DNA of 64,000 nucleotides from Desulfomicrobium sp. (GTDB taxonomy: Bacteria > Desulfobacterota > Desulfovibrionia > Desulfovibrionales > Desulfomicrobiaceae), in NCBI GenBank assembly GCA_040768745.1, contig JAXGMI010000001.1:640001-704000 (forward strand), read 5' to 3'. The notes below the pieces were generated by a model that had not been told where the DNA came from, searched no databases, and worked only from the letters and a program-made list of their open reading frames with translations. The position numbers and the translations under genes were made by a program. Of the stretch, positions 53,930 to 62,640 are shown piece by piece. The stretch's first letter is position 1. Each line of letters begins with the position of its first letter.

Positions 53930-54080
53930 CGTCAACAGTCAGGCCGAGCACAGTTTTACGGCAACATGGAGTACCAGTGGAATATTCACGGATGCGAACG
54001 CTTGCGTCATCCTCATCGGAATTTTGTAGGATTTCAAGAATACGTCCTTTAGCGTTATCCGTCATGAAAACTTTAAACAT
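53919..54080 (-). pseudogene. ErpA/HesB-related Fe-S protein truncated by IS1634 (not in ORF track)
   Basis: AGGAGAG RBS; MFKVFMTDNAKGRILEILQNSDEDDASVRIREYSTGTPCCRKTVLGLTVD then IS-derived AQV-stop. Confidence 0.65.
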
Positions 54081-54105
54081 AGCTAGGCTCTCCTATGATT
54101 TGTAG

Positions 54106-54999
54106 TTAGACGATGATTGTATGCAAGTTGTGCGCATCAAAATACTTCAGAACATTCTTAAGAGCCTCTGGGGAATATCCTGGATACGTAGGCTCTGGCT
54201 TAGACAACGCGGCGTACTTGTTTTTGCCGAATGCATGACAGGGGAGCACATCGACTTCGTCCTTGCAAAACTCTTTCAGCAGAACAGCCAGTCGTTTGAT
54301 GTTTTCTTCTGTGTCATTCAGACCGGGTATCAGCGGGATGCGTATACGATATGGTACGCCGAGACGGACTATTTCTCGTAAGTTTTCAAGGATTAGGCGG
54401 TTGTCAACCCCTGTAACATCCTTGTGCATTTCCGGATCCATATGCTTGATGTCAAACAGCACAAGGTCAGATAATTTAACGAACTCCCGGAATTTTTCTG
54501 TTGGGCACTGTCCGCAGGTATCCAAGCAGACATGATACCCGTGTGAACGGCAGGCGTGCTGCAGTGCCAACAAAAAATTGCCGGCCATGGTCGGTTCGCC
54601 GCCGCAGAAAGTAACCCCACCCCCAGAGTTGAAGTAGAAGAGTTCATCCTTGCAAACGACATTCATCACCTCGTTCACAGTCATTCGTTTGCCAGAAATG
54701 ACTCGCGCCTTGCTCAAGCAAATTGCTTCGCATTGACCACAGTTAACACATTTTATCCTGTCAATCACCGCCTTCCCGTTGGCAATGGCAATAGCTTTTT
54801 CAGGACAAGTTTCGACGCAGAGACCGCACCCTGTGCAGAGATCTTGGAAGAGCATGAGTTGCGGGGACAGGCTCTGTGATTCCGGGTTGCTGCACCATCG
54901 ACATTGCAAGGGGCATCCTTTCAAAAATACCGTGGTCCGCAATCCGGGCCCATCATGCCCGGACATTCGCTGGATGTTGTACACTATTCCTGATTGCAT
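54106..54999 (-). CDS. glycyl-radical enzyme activating enzyme (radical SAM with ferredoxin-like insert)
   Basis: HDGPGLRTTVFLKGCPLQCRWCSNPES; CTGCGLCVETC and CVNCGQCEAIC; GGVTFCGGEP. Confidence 0.95.
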   Translation of the reverse strand: MQSGIVYNIQRMSGHDGPGLRTTVFLKGCPLQCRWCSNPESQSLSPQLMLFQDLCTGCGLCVETCPEKAIAIANGKAVIDRIKCVNCGQCEAICLSKARVISGKRMTVNEVMNVVCKDELFYFNSGGGVTFCGGEPTMAGNFLLALQHACRSHGYHVCLDTCGQCPTEKFREFVKLSDLVLFDIKHMDPEMHKDVTGVDNRLILENLREIVRLGVPYRIRIPLIPGLNDTEENIKRLAVLLKEFCKDEVDVLPCHAFGKNKYAALSKPEPTYPGYSPEALKNVLKYFDAHNLHTIIV

Positions 55000-55030
55000 A
55001 CAGATCACTCTACAATTTCTTCGGTTAAGC

Positions 55031-55059
55031 GCCGGCAAGATGGTTGGCATCCTGCCGGC
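55031..55059 (-). other. hairpin between GRE and activase genes
   Basis: mRNA GCCGGCAGGAUG-CCAAC-CAUCUUGCCGGC (12 bp including one G-U). Confidence 0.55.
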
Positions 55060-56420
55060 TCCGAATCAATAATTTAGTTGTACTCGGTGCGTTTAATGAT
55101 TTCGTTCTGCACGCCTTTATCCAGTCGGGTAAAGTAGGCGCTGAAACCAGCTACCCGTACGACCAGATCCTTGTAGTTTTGAGGCTTCTCCTGTGCATCC
55201 TTAAGTGTATCTGAACTTACACAGTTGAACTGGATGTGGCTGCCGCCAAGGTCAAAGTAAGTTTTCAACAGACTGAGAAGGGTTCGAGCACCAGCCGGTC
55301 CTTCTAGGGCAGAGGGGAGGAACTTCACATTGAAGTGGTTTGAGGCATAATCTACGGTGTCTACTGCTTGGGCGGCGGATTTAATCAAAGCAGTACTGCC
55401 TTCCAGGTCGGTGCCAGGCATGGCAGATACACTACCGTCGGTCAGAGCCACCCCAGCTTTTCGTCCATTGGGCAGCGCACCCATCATGCCGCCAAAGTAG
55501 TTGTGAAAGGACAATGAATAGGCATCAATGAACGCAGTGTGCCCCATGTAGTCAGGACCGTAGCTGCGATAGATTTTGTGCACGTCACGGTAGAATCTGC
55601 GAACAAGGGTGTCGACTTCCGGAATGTCGTTGCCATGCTTGGGAGCTTCAATGCACATGCGATGCACATCTTCGTAGCCCTCAAAGTTGGCCGCAAGAGC
55701 TTCTTTGAGTTGAGCCATGGTCAAGGTTTTGGTGTCGTAGACCAGATGCTTAATAGCCAGTAGACAATTGGAAGCGTCAATCCCACCAGTGCCTATACAC
55801 AATGTCTGTGCATAACGAGCTCCTCCAGCTTCCTCAACCAAACCCTTTTCAAGGCATCCGTCGATGATAGCAGAGCGGAACACGCTAGGTACAACCCATT
55901 CTTTAACAGTGTTACCGATATCTGAACGCAGGCGTTGCATCTTTAGCAAATAATCAGTCTGCTTTATGAACGCAGTATAGAATTCTTCGAAGGTTTGAAA
56001 TTCTTCAGAATTGCCAGATTCAATGCTGATCTGCTTCTTGGTTGTCGGGTCCCATCCGTTGTATAGGGTAAATTCAATGGGCTTAACAAAGTTTGGAAAG
56101 TCTTCCATGATGACAAAAGATCCCTTACCAGCCACCCCGGTACCGACGCAGCCGAAGTTGGCACAGTTTCGGGCATCTTCGAGAGTGATGCCTAATTCAC
56201 CAAAGCGGTTGAAGTGACGTTGAATGACAACATTATTGTTCATGAACTGAGGTTGCCCAGTCCCGCCGCGGACTACTTCGACAGCTTTCTGCAGGTAAGA
56301 CTCCTTCATCTTAGGATGATAGAATAAGCTAATGGTGGGCTGAATATTCTTCATCTGAATTTGGGTGTCCATAATAACTTCTGCATCGGTCTACGGTTTT
56401 TTGGACACGTTTTTGGTTAA

Positions 56421-57311
56421 TCAAGCCGCAACGTTCACGGCCTCTTTCTGGATGGCCCGCACCGCTGCCGGAGTCTTGTAGCCGTGGCGTCCAATGATCC
56501 ATTCCCGGTTGTACGTCTCCTTGAACTCCAAGAGGGCAAGTCGGAGTTCCTCGACCGTATCGAACCGCCGGACCCAGAGCAGGTTTTCCTTGAGCGTGCG
56601 CACGAACCTCTCGGCGATGCCGTTGCCTTGGGGTTCTCTGACGAAAGCAGGCGAACTCCGGATGCCCAGGAAGGAAACCTCCTCTTGAAACACACTGGAA
56701 ACGTACTGGCTACCATTGTCATGTCGCAGGGTCAGGCCCTCTGCCACGGCGGGTCCAAAGGCTCCAAAGCTGTGGCGCACACCTTGGCGAATCGGCTCCA
56801 GGGCTTCAAAGCGCGTCCCGTACTTAGCGGCGTGGATGCCGACACACTCCAGAGAGCAGTGGTCCACGGCCAGGAAGATCGAAGCGTTGCCTTCCTGCAT
56901 GGTCATCGTCGTGGTCATGTCCGTGCCCCACATCTCGTCCACCCGGGCAGTCTTGATCGTCCCGTCATGCGCCTTGGGGCCATGCGGCCTGCCGGGCTTG
57001 CGCACTGCGAGCAGGTTGTTCTCTCTCATGATCCGAAGCGTTCGCAGGGGGGACGTTCTGATGCCCTCAAAACGCAACCTGGCCCACACTTTCCGATAGC
57101 CTTCACCAGTAAAAGGGGAGTTCTGGATGCATGCCACGATGTGCCCGAACAACTCCCCATCACTGTGGAAGCCAATAGGGCCTCGGCGGCTTGGTGTGCC
57201 CTCATTCGCAACCTTGCGTGCATAATGCGTGGACCTGGGGAGATTCCAGACCCGGCAAACCAGCACCAGCCCATACGTCTGACCAGTGGAGGGCGAGGTG
57301 GACCGGCTCAT
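56421..57311 (-). CDS. IS orfB DDE integrase-core transposase
   Basis: WGTDMT, RHDNGSQY, NGIAERFVRTLKE. Confidence 0.9.
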   Translation of the reverse strand: MSRSTSPSTGQTYGLVLVCRVWNLPRSTHYARKVANEGTPSRRGPIGFHSDGELFGHIVACIQNSPFTGEGYRKVWARLRFEGIRTSPLRTLRIMRENNLLAVRKPGRPHGPKAHDGTIKTARVDEMWGTDMTTTMTMQEGNASIFLAVDHCSLECVGIHAAKYGTRFEALEPIRQGVRHSFGAFGPAVAEGLTLRHDNGSQYVSSVFQEEVSFLGIRSSPAFVREPQGNGIAERFVRTLKENLLWVRRFDTVEELRLALLEFKETYNREWIIGRHGYKTPAAVRAIQKEAVNVAA

Positions 57312-57697
57312 TTCCTCGACCTCCGCAACCCCAAAGGGTCTTTTGCCTCCATCATTCGGATCTTCTCGCGGAGCAGTTCTATCTCCATGGTCTGCTCGCC
57401 GATTTTCTCATTGAGGCGCTTGTATTCGGCCTCCTCCGCCGGAGAGCGTTTTTTGAGACTATCCGCGCCACCGGCCAGAAAGGCATCTCTCCATTGTGAG
57501 AGCGTGGCAGCCGTCACGCCGAGTTCCCGACTGAGCGTTTCGATGTCTTCACCACGCAGAAGCCGGAGGACGGCCTCGGTCTTGTGCTGTGCCCAGAATC
57601 GCTTGGGAGTTGCCTTCGTCTCCCCGGTTCCAGTCGGCCTACGGCCTCCCTCCACCGGGGAGACGGCTGAAATATCCTTGTCGCTTTGTTTGCTCAT
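57308..57697 (-). CDS. IS orfA (HTH)
   Basis: ATGA-coupled to orfB; HTH SRELGVTAATLSQWR. Confidence 0.85.
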   Translation of the reverse strand: MSKQSDKDISAVSPVEGGRRPTGTGETKATPKRFWAQHKTEAVLRLLRGEDIETLSRELGVTAATLSQWRDAFLAGGADSLKKRSPAEEAEYKRLNEKIGEQTMEIELLREKIRMMEAKDPLGLRRSRK

Positions 57698-58966
57698 GAA
57701 TCACCTCATGGGGAGTCTCTCTACTCCCAATTTGGTGTCCAAGAAAACCCTATCCCAGAGGACTTCTTCTAACTCTGTGCTTGCGTCTTCACCATTCGCA
57801 TCTAAGCCGCCTATGGTAATGGTCTGGCCAGTGTGCCCCGACAGGGCCAGGGCATAGGCATGTCCTTGATAAACAGCGACTTCGAGATGTTTGACCCACT
57901 GGAACTTAAGCAAGGTGAGCACCTGTTCGCGAGTCAGATTTCCTTCATCGATATCCTTTTTGTAGAAGGGGTACATGTACTGACCATAGCGGCCGGGTGA
58001 GGTGGCGCAACCTGTCTGCTCTATCTGAATGCCCAGATGTGTGAACCAGAAGGATTGAATTGCTTCACGAAAGTTACGAGCAGGGAATTCAGGTACTCTG
58101 CGGCAGATTTCGGCGATTTCAAGCAATTCTGCCTTGTTGGCAGGATCAGATTCCTTGGCTGCGGTCTGTTCGGCCAAGTCTGCGTAACGGTGCGCGTAGG
58201 CAATCACAGCTTTGAGGGCAATGCGCACGGCGCGGTAAAATGCGAATTTTTCCTTGTTTCCAGCTTTTTTCGGCAATGCATTGATCCGTTCATCGACTTC
58301 CCTCAAGATGCCAGAAATGCCCTCATTGAGAACGCGTGCATAGTCTGCCACGCCAGTCCCTGTGGTTATGGAGATGGCATCGTATACCATTCCAGACTTA
58401 AATAAGAAGGATGGATTTTGGCCATACAGATCCTTGAACAACGTGTTTGTTCTGTCGACGGTGGTTTTTCCCTTCCACGCCTTGTAGGTTTTTTTCAGTA
58501 GCTCCTCGGTTTCTTTCGGAATGCTGATTTCGCCCAATGAACTCATTTTGGCCAAATCCATTTCATCTTTAATCCAGTTTACATTCCATTCTGGAAAAGC
58601 ATATACGCCTGCGCGAAAACCACTAATGGTGCCGACGATGGGGTTTCCGTCCAGGAAAATATTTTTTTTGGCTAGCAACCGCTCAAGGAGTCTGGCGCGG
58701 ATTATCACAGGTTCTTCACTGGAGAGCTCGTCATAGACTTCAAGCAGGACCTCCAAGCGCAAAGGGTCCATCTTTTGCGGAGCATCCAACAAGAATCCCT
58801 TAAGGTCTTTAATTCGCTGATCCGCAGTGTTCCAGTTAAGGTAATATCCGGAACATTTTTTTGCACTGGCTTCATTTTCATCCCATAGCTTTTTCATACG
58901 ATCCTCTGGGATAGGGTTTTCTTGGACACCAAATTGGGAGTAGAGAGACTCCCCATGAGGTGATTC

Positions 58967-59356
58967 ATGAGCAAACAAAGCGACAAGGATATTTCAGCCG
59001 TCTCCCCGGTGGAGGGAGGCCGTAGGCCGACTGGAACCGGGGAGACGAAGGCAACTCCCAAGCGATTCTGGGCACAGCACAAGACCGAGGCCGTCCTCCG
59101 GCTTCTGCGTGGTGAAGACATCGAAACGCTCAGTCGGGAACTCGGCGTGACGGCTGCCACGCTCTCACAATGGAGAGATGCCTTTCTGGCCGGTGGCGCG
59201 GATAGTCTCAAAAAACGCTCTCCGGCGGAGGAGGCCGAATACAAGCGCCTCAATGAGAAAATCGGCGAGCAGACCATGGAGATAGAACTGCTCCGCGAGA
59301 AGATCCGAATGATGGAGGCAAAAGACCCTTTGGGGTTGCGGAGGTCGAGGAAATGA
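58967..59356 (+). CDS. IS orfA (HTH)
   Basis: identical to the other copies. Confidence 0.85.
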   Translation: MSKQSDKDISAVSPVEGGRRPTGTGETKATPKRFWAQHKTEAVLRLLRGEDIETLSRELGVTAATLSQWRDAFLAGGADSLKKRSPAEEAEYKRLNEKIGEQTMEIELLREKIRMMEAKDPLGLRRSRK

Positions 59357-60243
59357 GCCGGTCCACCTCGCCCTCCACTGGTCAGACGTATGGGCTGGTG
59401 CTGGTTTGCCGGGTCTGGAATCTCCCCAGGTCCACGCATTATGCACGCAAGGTTGCGAATGAGGGCACACCAAGCCGCCGAGGCCCTATTGGCTTCCACA
59501 GTGATGGGGAGTTGTTCGGGCACATCGTGGCATGCATCCAGAACTCCCCTTTTACTGGTGAAGGCTATCGGAAAGTGTGGGCCAGGTTGCGTTTTGAGGG
59601 CATCAGAACGTCCCCCCTGCGAACGCTTCGGATCATGAGAGAGAACAACCTGCTCGCAGTGCGCAAGCCCGGCAGGCCGCATGGCCCCAAGGCGCATGAC
59701 GGGACGATCAAGACTGCCCGGGTGGACGAGATGTGGGGCACGGACATGACCACGACGATGACCATGCAGGAAGGCAACGCTTCGATCTTCCTGGCCGTGG
59801 ACCACTGCTCTCTGGAGTGTGTCGGCATCCACGCCGCTAAGTACGGGACGCGCTTTGAAGCCCTGGAGCCGATTCGCCAAGGTGTGCGCCACAGCTTTGG
59901 AGCCTTTGGACCCGCCGTGGCAGAGGGCCTGACCCTGCGACATGACAATGGTAGCCAGTACGTTTCCAGTGTGTTTCAAGAGGAGGTTTCCTTCCTGGGC
60001 ATCCGGAGTTCGCCTGCTTTCGTCAGAGAACCCCAAGGCAACGGCATCGCCGAGAGGTTCGTGCGCACGCTCAAGGAAAACCTGCTCTGGGTCCGGCGGT
60101 TCGATACGGTCGAGGAACTCCGACTTGCCCTCTTGGAGTTCAAGGAGACGTACAACCGGGAATGGATCATTGGACGCCACGGCTACAAGACTCCGGCAGC
60201 GGTGCGGGCCATCCAGAAAGAGGCCGTGAACGTTGCGGCTTGA
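59353..60243 (+). CDS. IS orfB DDE integrase-core transposase
   Basis: same protein as copy 2. Confidence 0.9.
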   Translation: MSRSTSPSTGQTYGLVLVCRVWNLPRSTHYARKVANEGTPSRRGPIGFHSDGELFGHIVACIQNSPFTGEGYRKVWARLRFEGIRTSPLRTLRIMRENNLLAVRKPGRPHGPKAHDGTIKTARVDEMWGTDMTTTMTMQEGNASIFLAVDHCSLECVGIHAAKYGTRFEALEPIRQGVRHSFGAFGPAVAEGLTLRHDNGSQYVSSVFQEEVSFLGIRSSPAFVREPQGNGIAERFVRTLKENLLWVRRFDTVEELRLALLEFKETYNREWIIGRHGYKTPAAVRAIQKEAVNVAA

Positions 60244-60287
60244 TTAACCAAAAACGTGTCCAAAAAACCGTAGACCGATACAACGAG

Positions 60288-60296
60288 ACCTCCTCT
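60288..60296 (-). promoter_or_regulatory. orphaned ribosome-binding site of the GRE gene
   Basis: removing IS copy 3 gives AGAGGAGGT-CTCGT-ATGAAAAAG. Confidence 0.85.
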
Positions 60297-60362
60297 AAAA
60301 ATTTAAATTTTACAAAATTACTTCTGCGACGTGGTTGATGCGTTCAAAATTTCACTTTCTGT

Positions 60363-60378
60363 AGCAACTCGTGTGCCT
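60363..60378 (-). promoter_or_regulatory. sigma54 -24/-12 promoter of the GRE operon
   Basis: minus strand AGGCACACGAGTTGCT (GGCAC-N5-TTGCT), about 65 nt upstream of the RBS. Confidence 0.8.
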
Positions 60379-60573
60379 AATTATTTTCTCATTTAAATAC
60401 AAACCGTTATTCATTTTTTGACTTTCCTCATTTTATCTGAATAGAAAACTGTTCTCGAAGCGTTACATCCTTAGCGAACACAAAAATTTAACTATTTGAA
60501 ATACATCGTTTTTATAAAGAAGGTTTATTTGGACACTTGTCGCGAAATCAATACAGTGGTAATTTTTTACATC

Positions 60574-61583
60574 TGCTCGGCACTTTTCAGACCATTCGAA
60601 ACTTGAGATAGGTTTCCCCCTCAACCACGATGAGCTGATGAAAAAGGGACCATTTTCCGAAGAGCAGATGGTGGGCATCCTGCGAGAAGCTGACCGCAGC
60701 CCGGTGGCCCAGGTGGCCAAGAAGCATGGAATCAGCGAGCAGACGATCTATAATGGCGGCAGCGGTTTGCAGGCATGTCCGCCGATGACGTGAAGCGGCT
60801 GCGCCTGCTGGAACAAGAGAACACGCGGCTGAAGAAGATTCTTGCGGAACGGGACCTTGAAATCGAGGTCATGAAGGAGATCGCCGCAAAAAATGGTAGG
60901 CGCACCCGTCCGACGCCTCCAGGTGGCATACGCCAGGAGTCGCGGACTTTCACAACGCAGGGCGTGTGCGCTGTTATCCACTTCCCGGTCGTCGCTTCAC
61001 TACGAGTCACGGCTGGAGGCCCGGGACATGCCGCTGCTGGCGGCTCTGGCAGGTCTGGCTGCGACGTATCCGCGCTTTGGATACCGCCCGGATCAACGTG
61101 TTCATGGAACGTCTGGGTCATGTCATGGGTGCCGACAAGGCGTTCCGTCTGTGGTCCAAGGCCGGGTTGGAAGTGCCCAGGAAGCGGCCTCGGAAACGAG
61201 TGGCGACGTCCAGTCCGAGACCGCAACTGCCGATGGGAGCAAACGAACGGTGGGCGTACGACTATGTCTACGACGCCTGCGCAAACGGTCAACAGATCAA
61301 ATGCCTGACCGTGGTGGACGAATACACGCGTGAATGCCTGGCAATAGACGTTGCCGGGAGCATCAGGTCGAGACGGGTTATCGAGGTGCTGTCCCGCCTG
61401 ATCAGCGAACGAGGAGCCCCTCTCAGCCTGCGTTCTGACAACGGACCGGAGTTCGTGTCGAAGGCGCTGCTCAAATGGGCGGCTCAGGAGTCTCTGGACC
61501 TGGCGCTGATTGGGCCTGGGAAGCCATGGCAAAACGGTTTGAACGAGAGTTTTAACGGCAAATTTCGCGACGAGTGCCTGTCG
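60574..61583 (+). mobile_element. degenerate IS3-family element (different from copies 1-3), frameshifted and 3'-truncated
   Basis: starts TGCTCGGCAC; orfA MKKGPFSEEQMVGILREAD from 60638 with a frameshift; orfB WAYDYV..SDNGPEF..PGKPWQNG..ESFNGKFRDECL breaks off into AT-rich DNA. Confidence 0.85.
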
Positions 61584-61612
61584 AAAATTTTTTGAAAATT
61601 ATGGTGATTAAA

Positions 61613-62640
61613 ATGCTTGTTGAAAATTATCATGACAATGATTTGCAATCACTAATACGTAACGAGCTTTTTCAAATAATTATTGACGAATTGCAAATTG
61701 GATTCGCAATCATCGATACAAACGGAATTTATAAATACATAAATAAATCATATGCTAGTATTCATGGATTAGAAAACAAAGAAAAATATATCGGTAAAAA
61801 AGTAGATGATTTTTTTACATCAGCTAAAAATGGAACACTGAAGGCAATTAAAACACAAAAGAAGGTAATCACCAAAAGTAAATCTATAAATGGAGTTGAA
61901 GGATTAAGCTTTAGATACCCAATTGTTAGTAAAGACAATCGATTTATTTGCTGTATCACAGAGACATTGGCAACAAATTTAAGCAGTAAAAAATTAATTG
62001 AATTTATTGACACAATTAAGTCTCTTCAAAAAAAAGTAAATTATTACCAGTATAAATCTAATAATAGCATAGGAGTTCTTCATACATTCGAAGATATTGT
62101 CACTATAAGTTCTTCTATGGAAGAAATGAAACAACAAGGGCATCGTTTTGCAAGGAGTGCTGAGCCGATCCTTATCTTGGGTGAAAGCGGCACAGGCAAG
62201 GAGCTTGTAGCTCAAGCTTTGCACATGGCCAGCTCGAGGGCAAAGAGAGACTTTGTTGTTGTTAACTGCGCGGCCCTTCCTCGTGATCTCATGGAATCTG
62301 AATTGTTCGGTTATTCAGAAGGTGCTTTTACCGGCTCCCGGACAGGTGGGGTCAGAGGCAAATTTGAGTTGGCCCATCAAGGAACAATCTTCTTAGACGA
62401 AATAGGGGAACTTCCGCTGAACATGCAGTCAAAGTTGCTGCGCGTGTTGGAAAGCGGCGAGATTCAAAAAATCGCCCATTCAAGCCCGGTGTTTTCAGAT
62501 TTTCGCATGATCGCTGCGACCAACAAAAATCTGCAACAGATGGTGCGGGACGGAGCTTTCCGAGAAGATCTTTACCACCGCTTAAGTATTCTTGAGTTAC
62601 GTGTCCCTCCCCTGCGTGAAAGAAAGGAGGATATCCTCCC
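61613..62640 (+). pseudogene. PAS-domain sigma54 activator truncated by IS1182
   Basis: PAS-like N-terminus, GESGTGKE, ESELFGYSEGAFTGS, FREDLYHRL, ends at RERKEDILP; no WPGN motif or HTH. Confidence 0.88.

Larger units (their letters stand above)
56382..57762 (-). mobile_element. IS3-family element, copy 2 (1381 bp)
   Basis: TSD CTTC (56378-56381, 57763-57766); intact orfA 57308-57697 and orfB 56421-57311. Confidence 0.95.
55074..58897 (-). pseudogene. glycyl radical enzyme (812 aa when rebuilt), interrupted by an IS3-family element
   Basis: 5' part 58897-57767 joins in frame to 56381-55074 (..STELEEVIMDTQIQ..); Cys loop ANFGCVG; Gly loop VRVAGFS. Confidence 0.92.
58902..60282 (+). mobile_element. 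IS3-family element, copy 3 (1381 bp)
   Basis: TSD ACGA (58898-58901, 60283-60286); inverted relative to copy 2. Confidence 0.95.

Noticed and set aside
47766..58897. Single organosulfonate pathway combining suyAB with a C-S-cleaving GRE (IslA/HpsG)
   Set aside because: The GRE lacks the Cys-x-Glu motif of those lyases, and the two loci meet at a TSD-less IS junction, so adjacency may be secondary.
57701..58978. 425-aa ORF in the track as a complete protein
   Set aside because: Chimera: first 27 aa come from IS copy 3/TSD and the tail (LWDRVFLDTK..) from IS copy 2; the true gene starts at 58897.
56382..60282. Composite transposon carrying a GRE fragment
   Set aside because: Each IS has its own TSD and the passenger DNA is collinear with the flanking GRE sequence.
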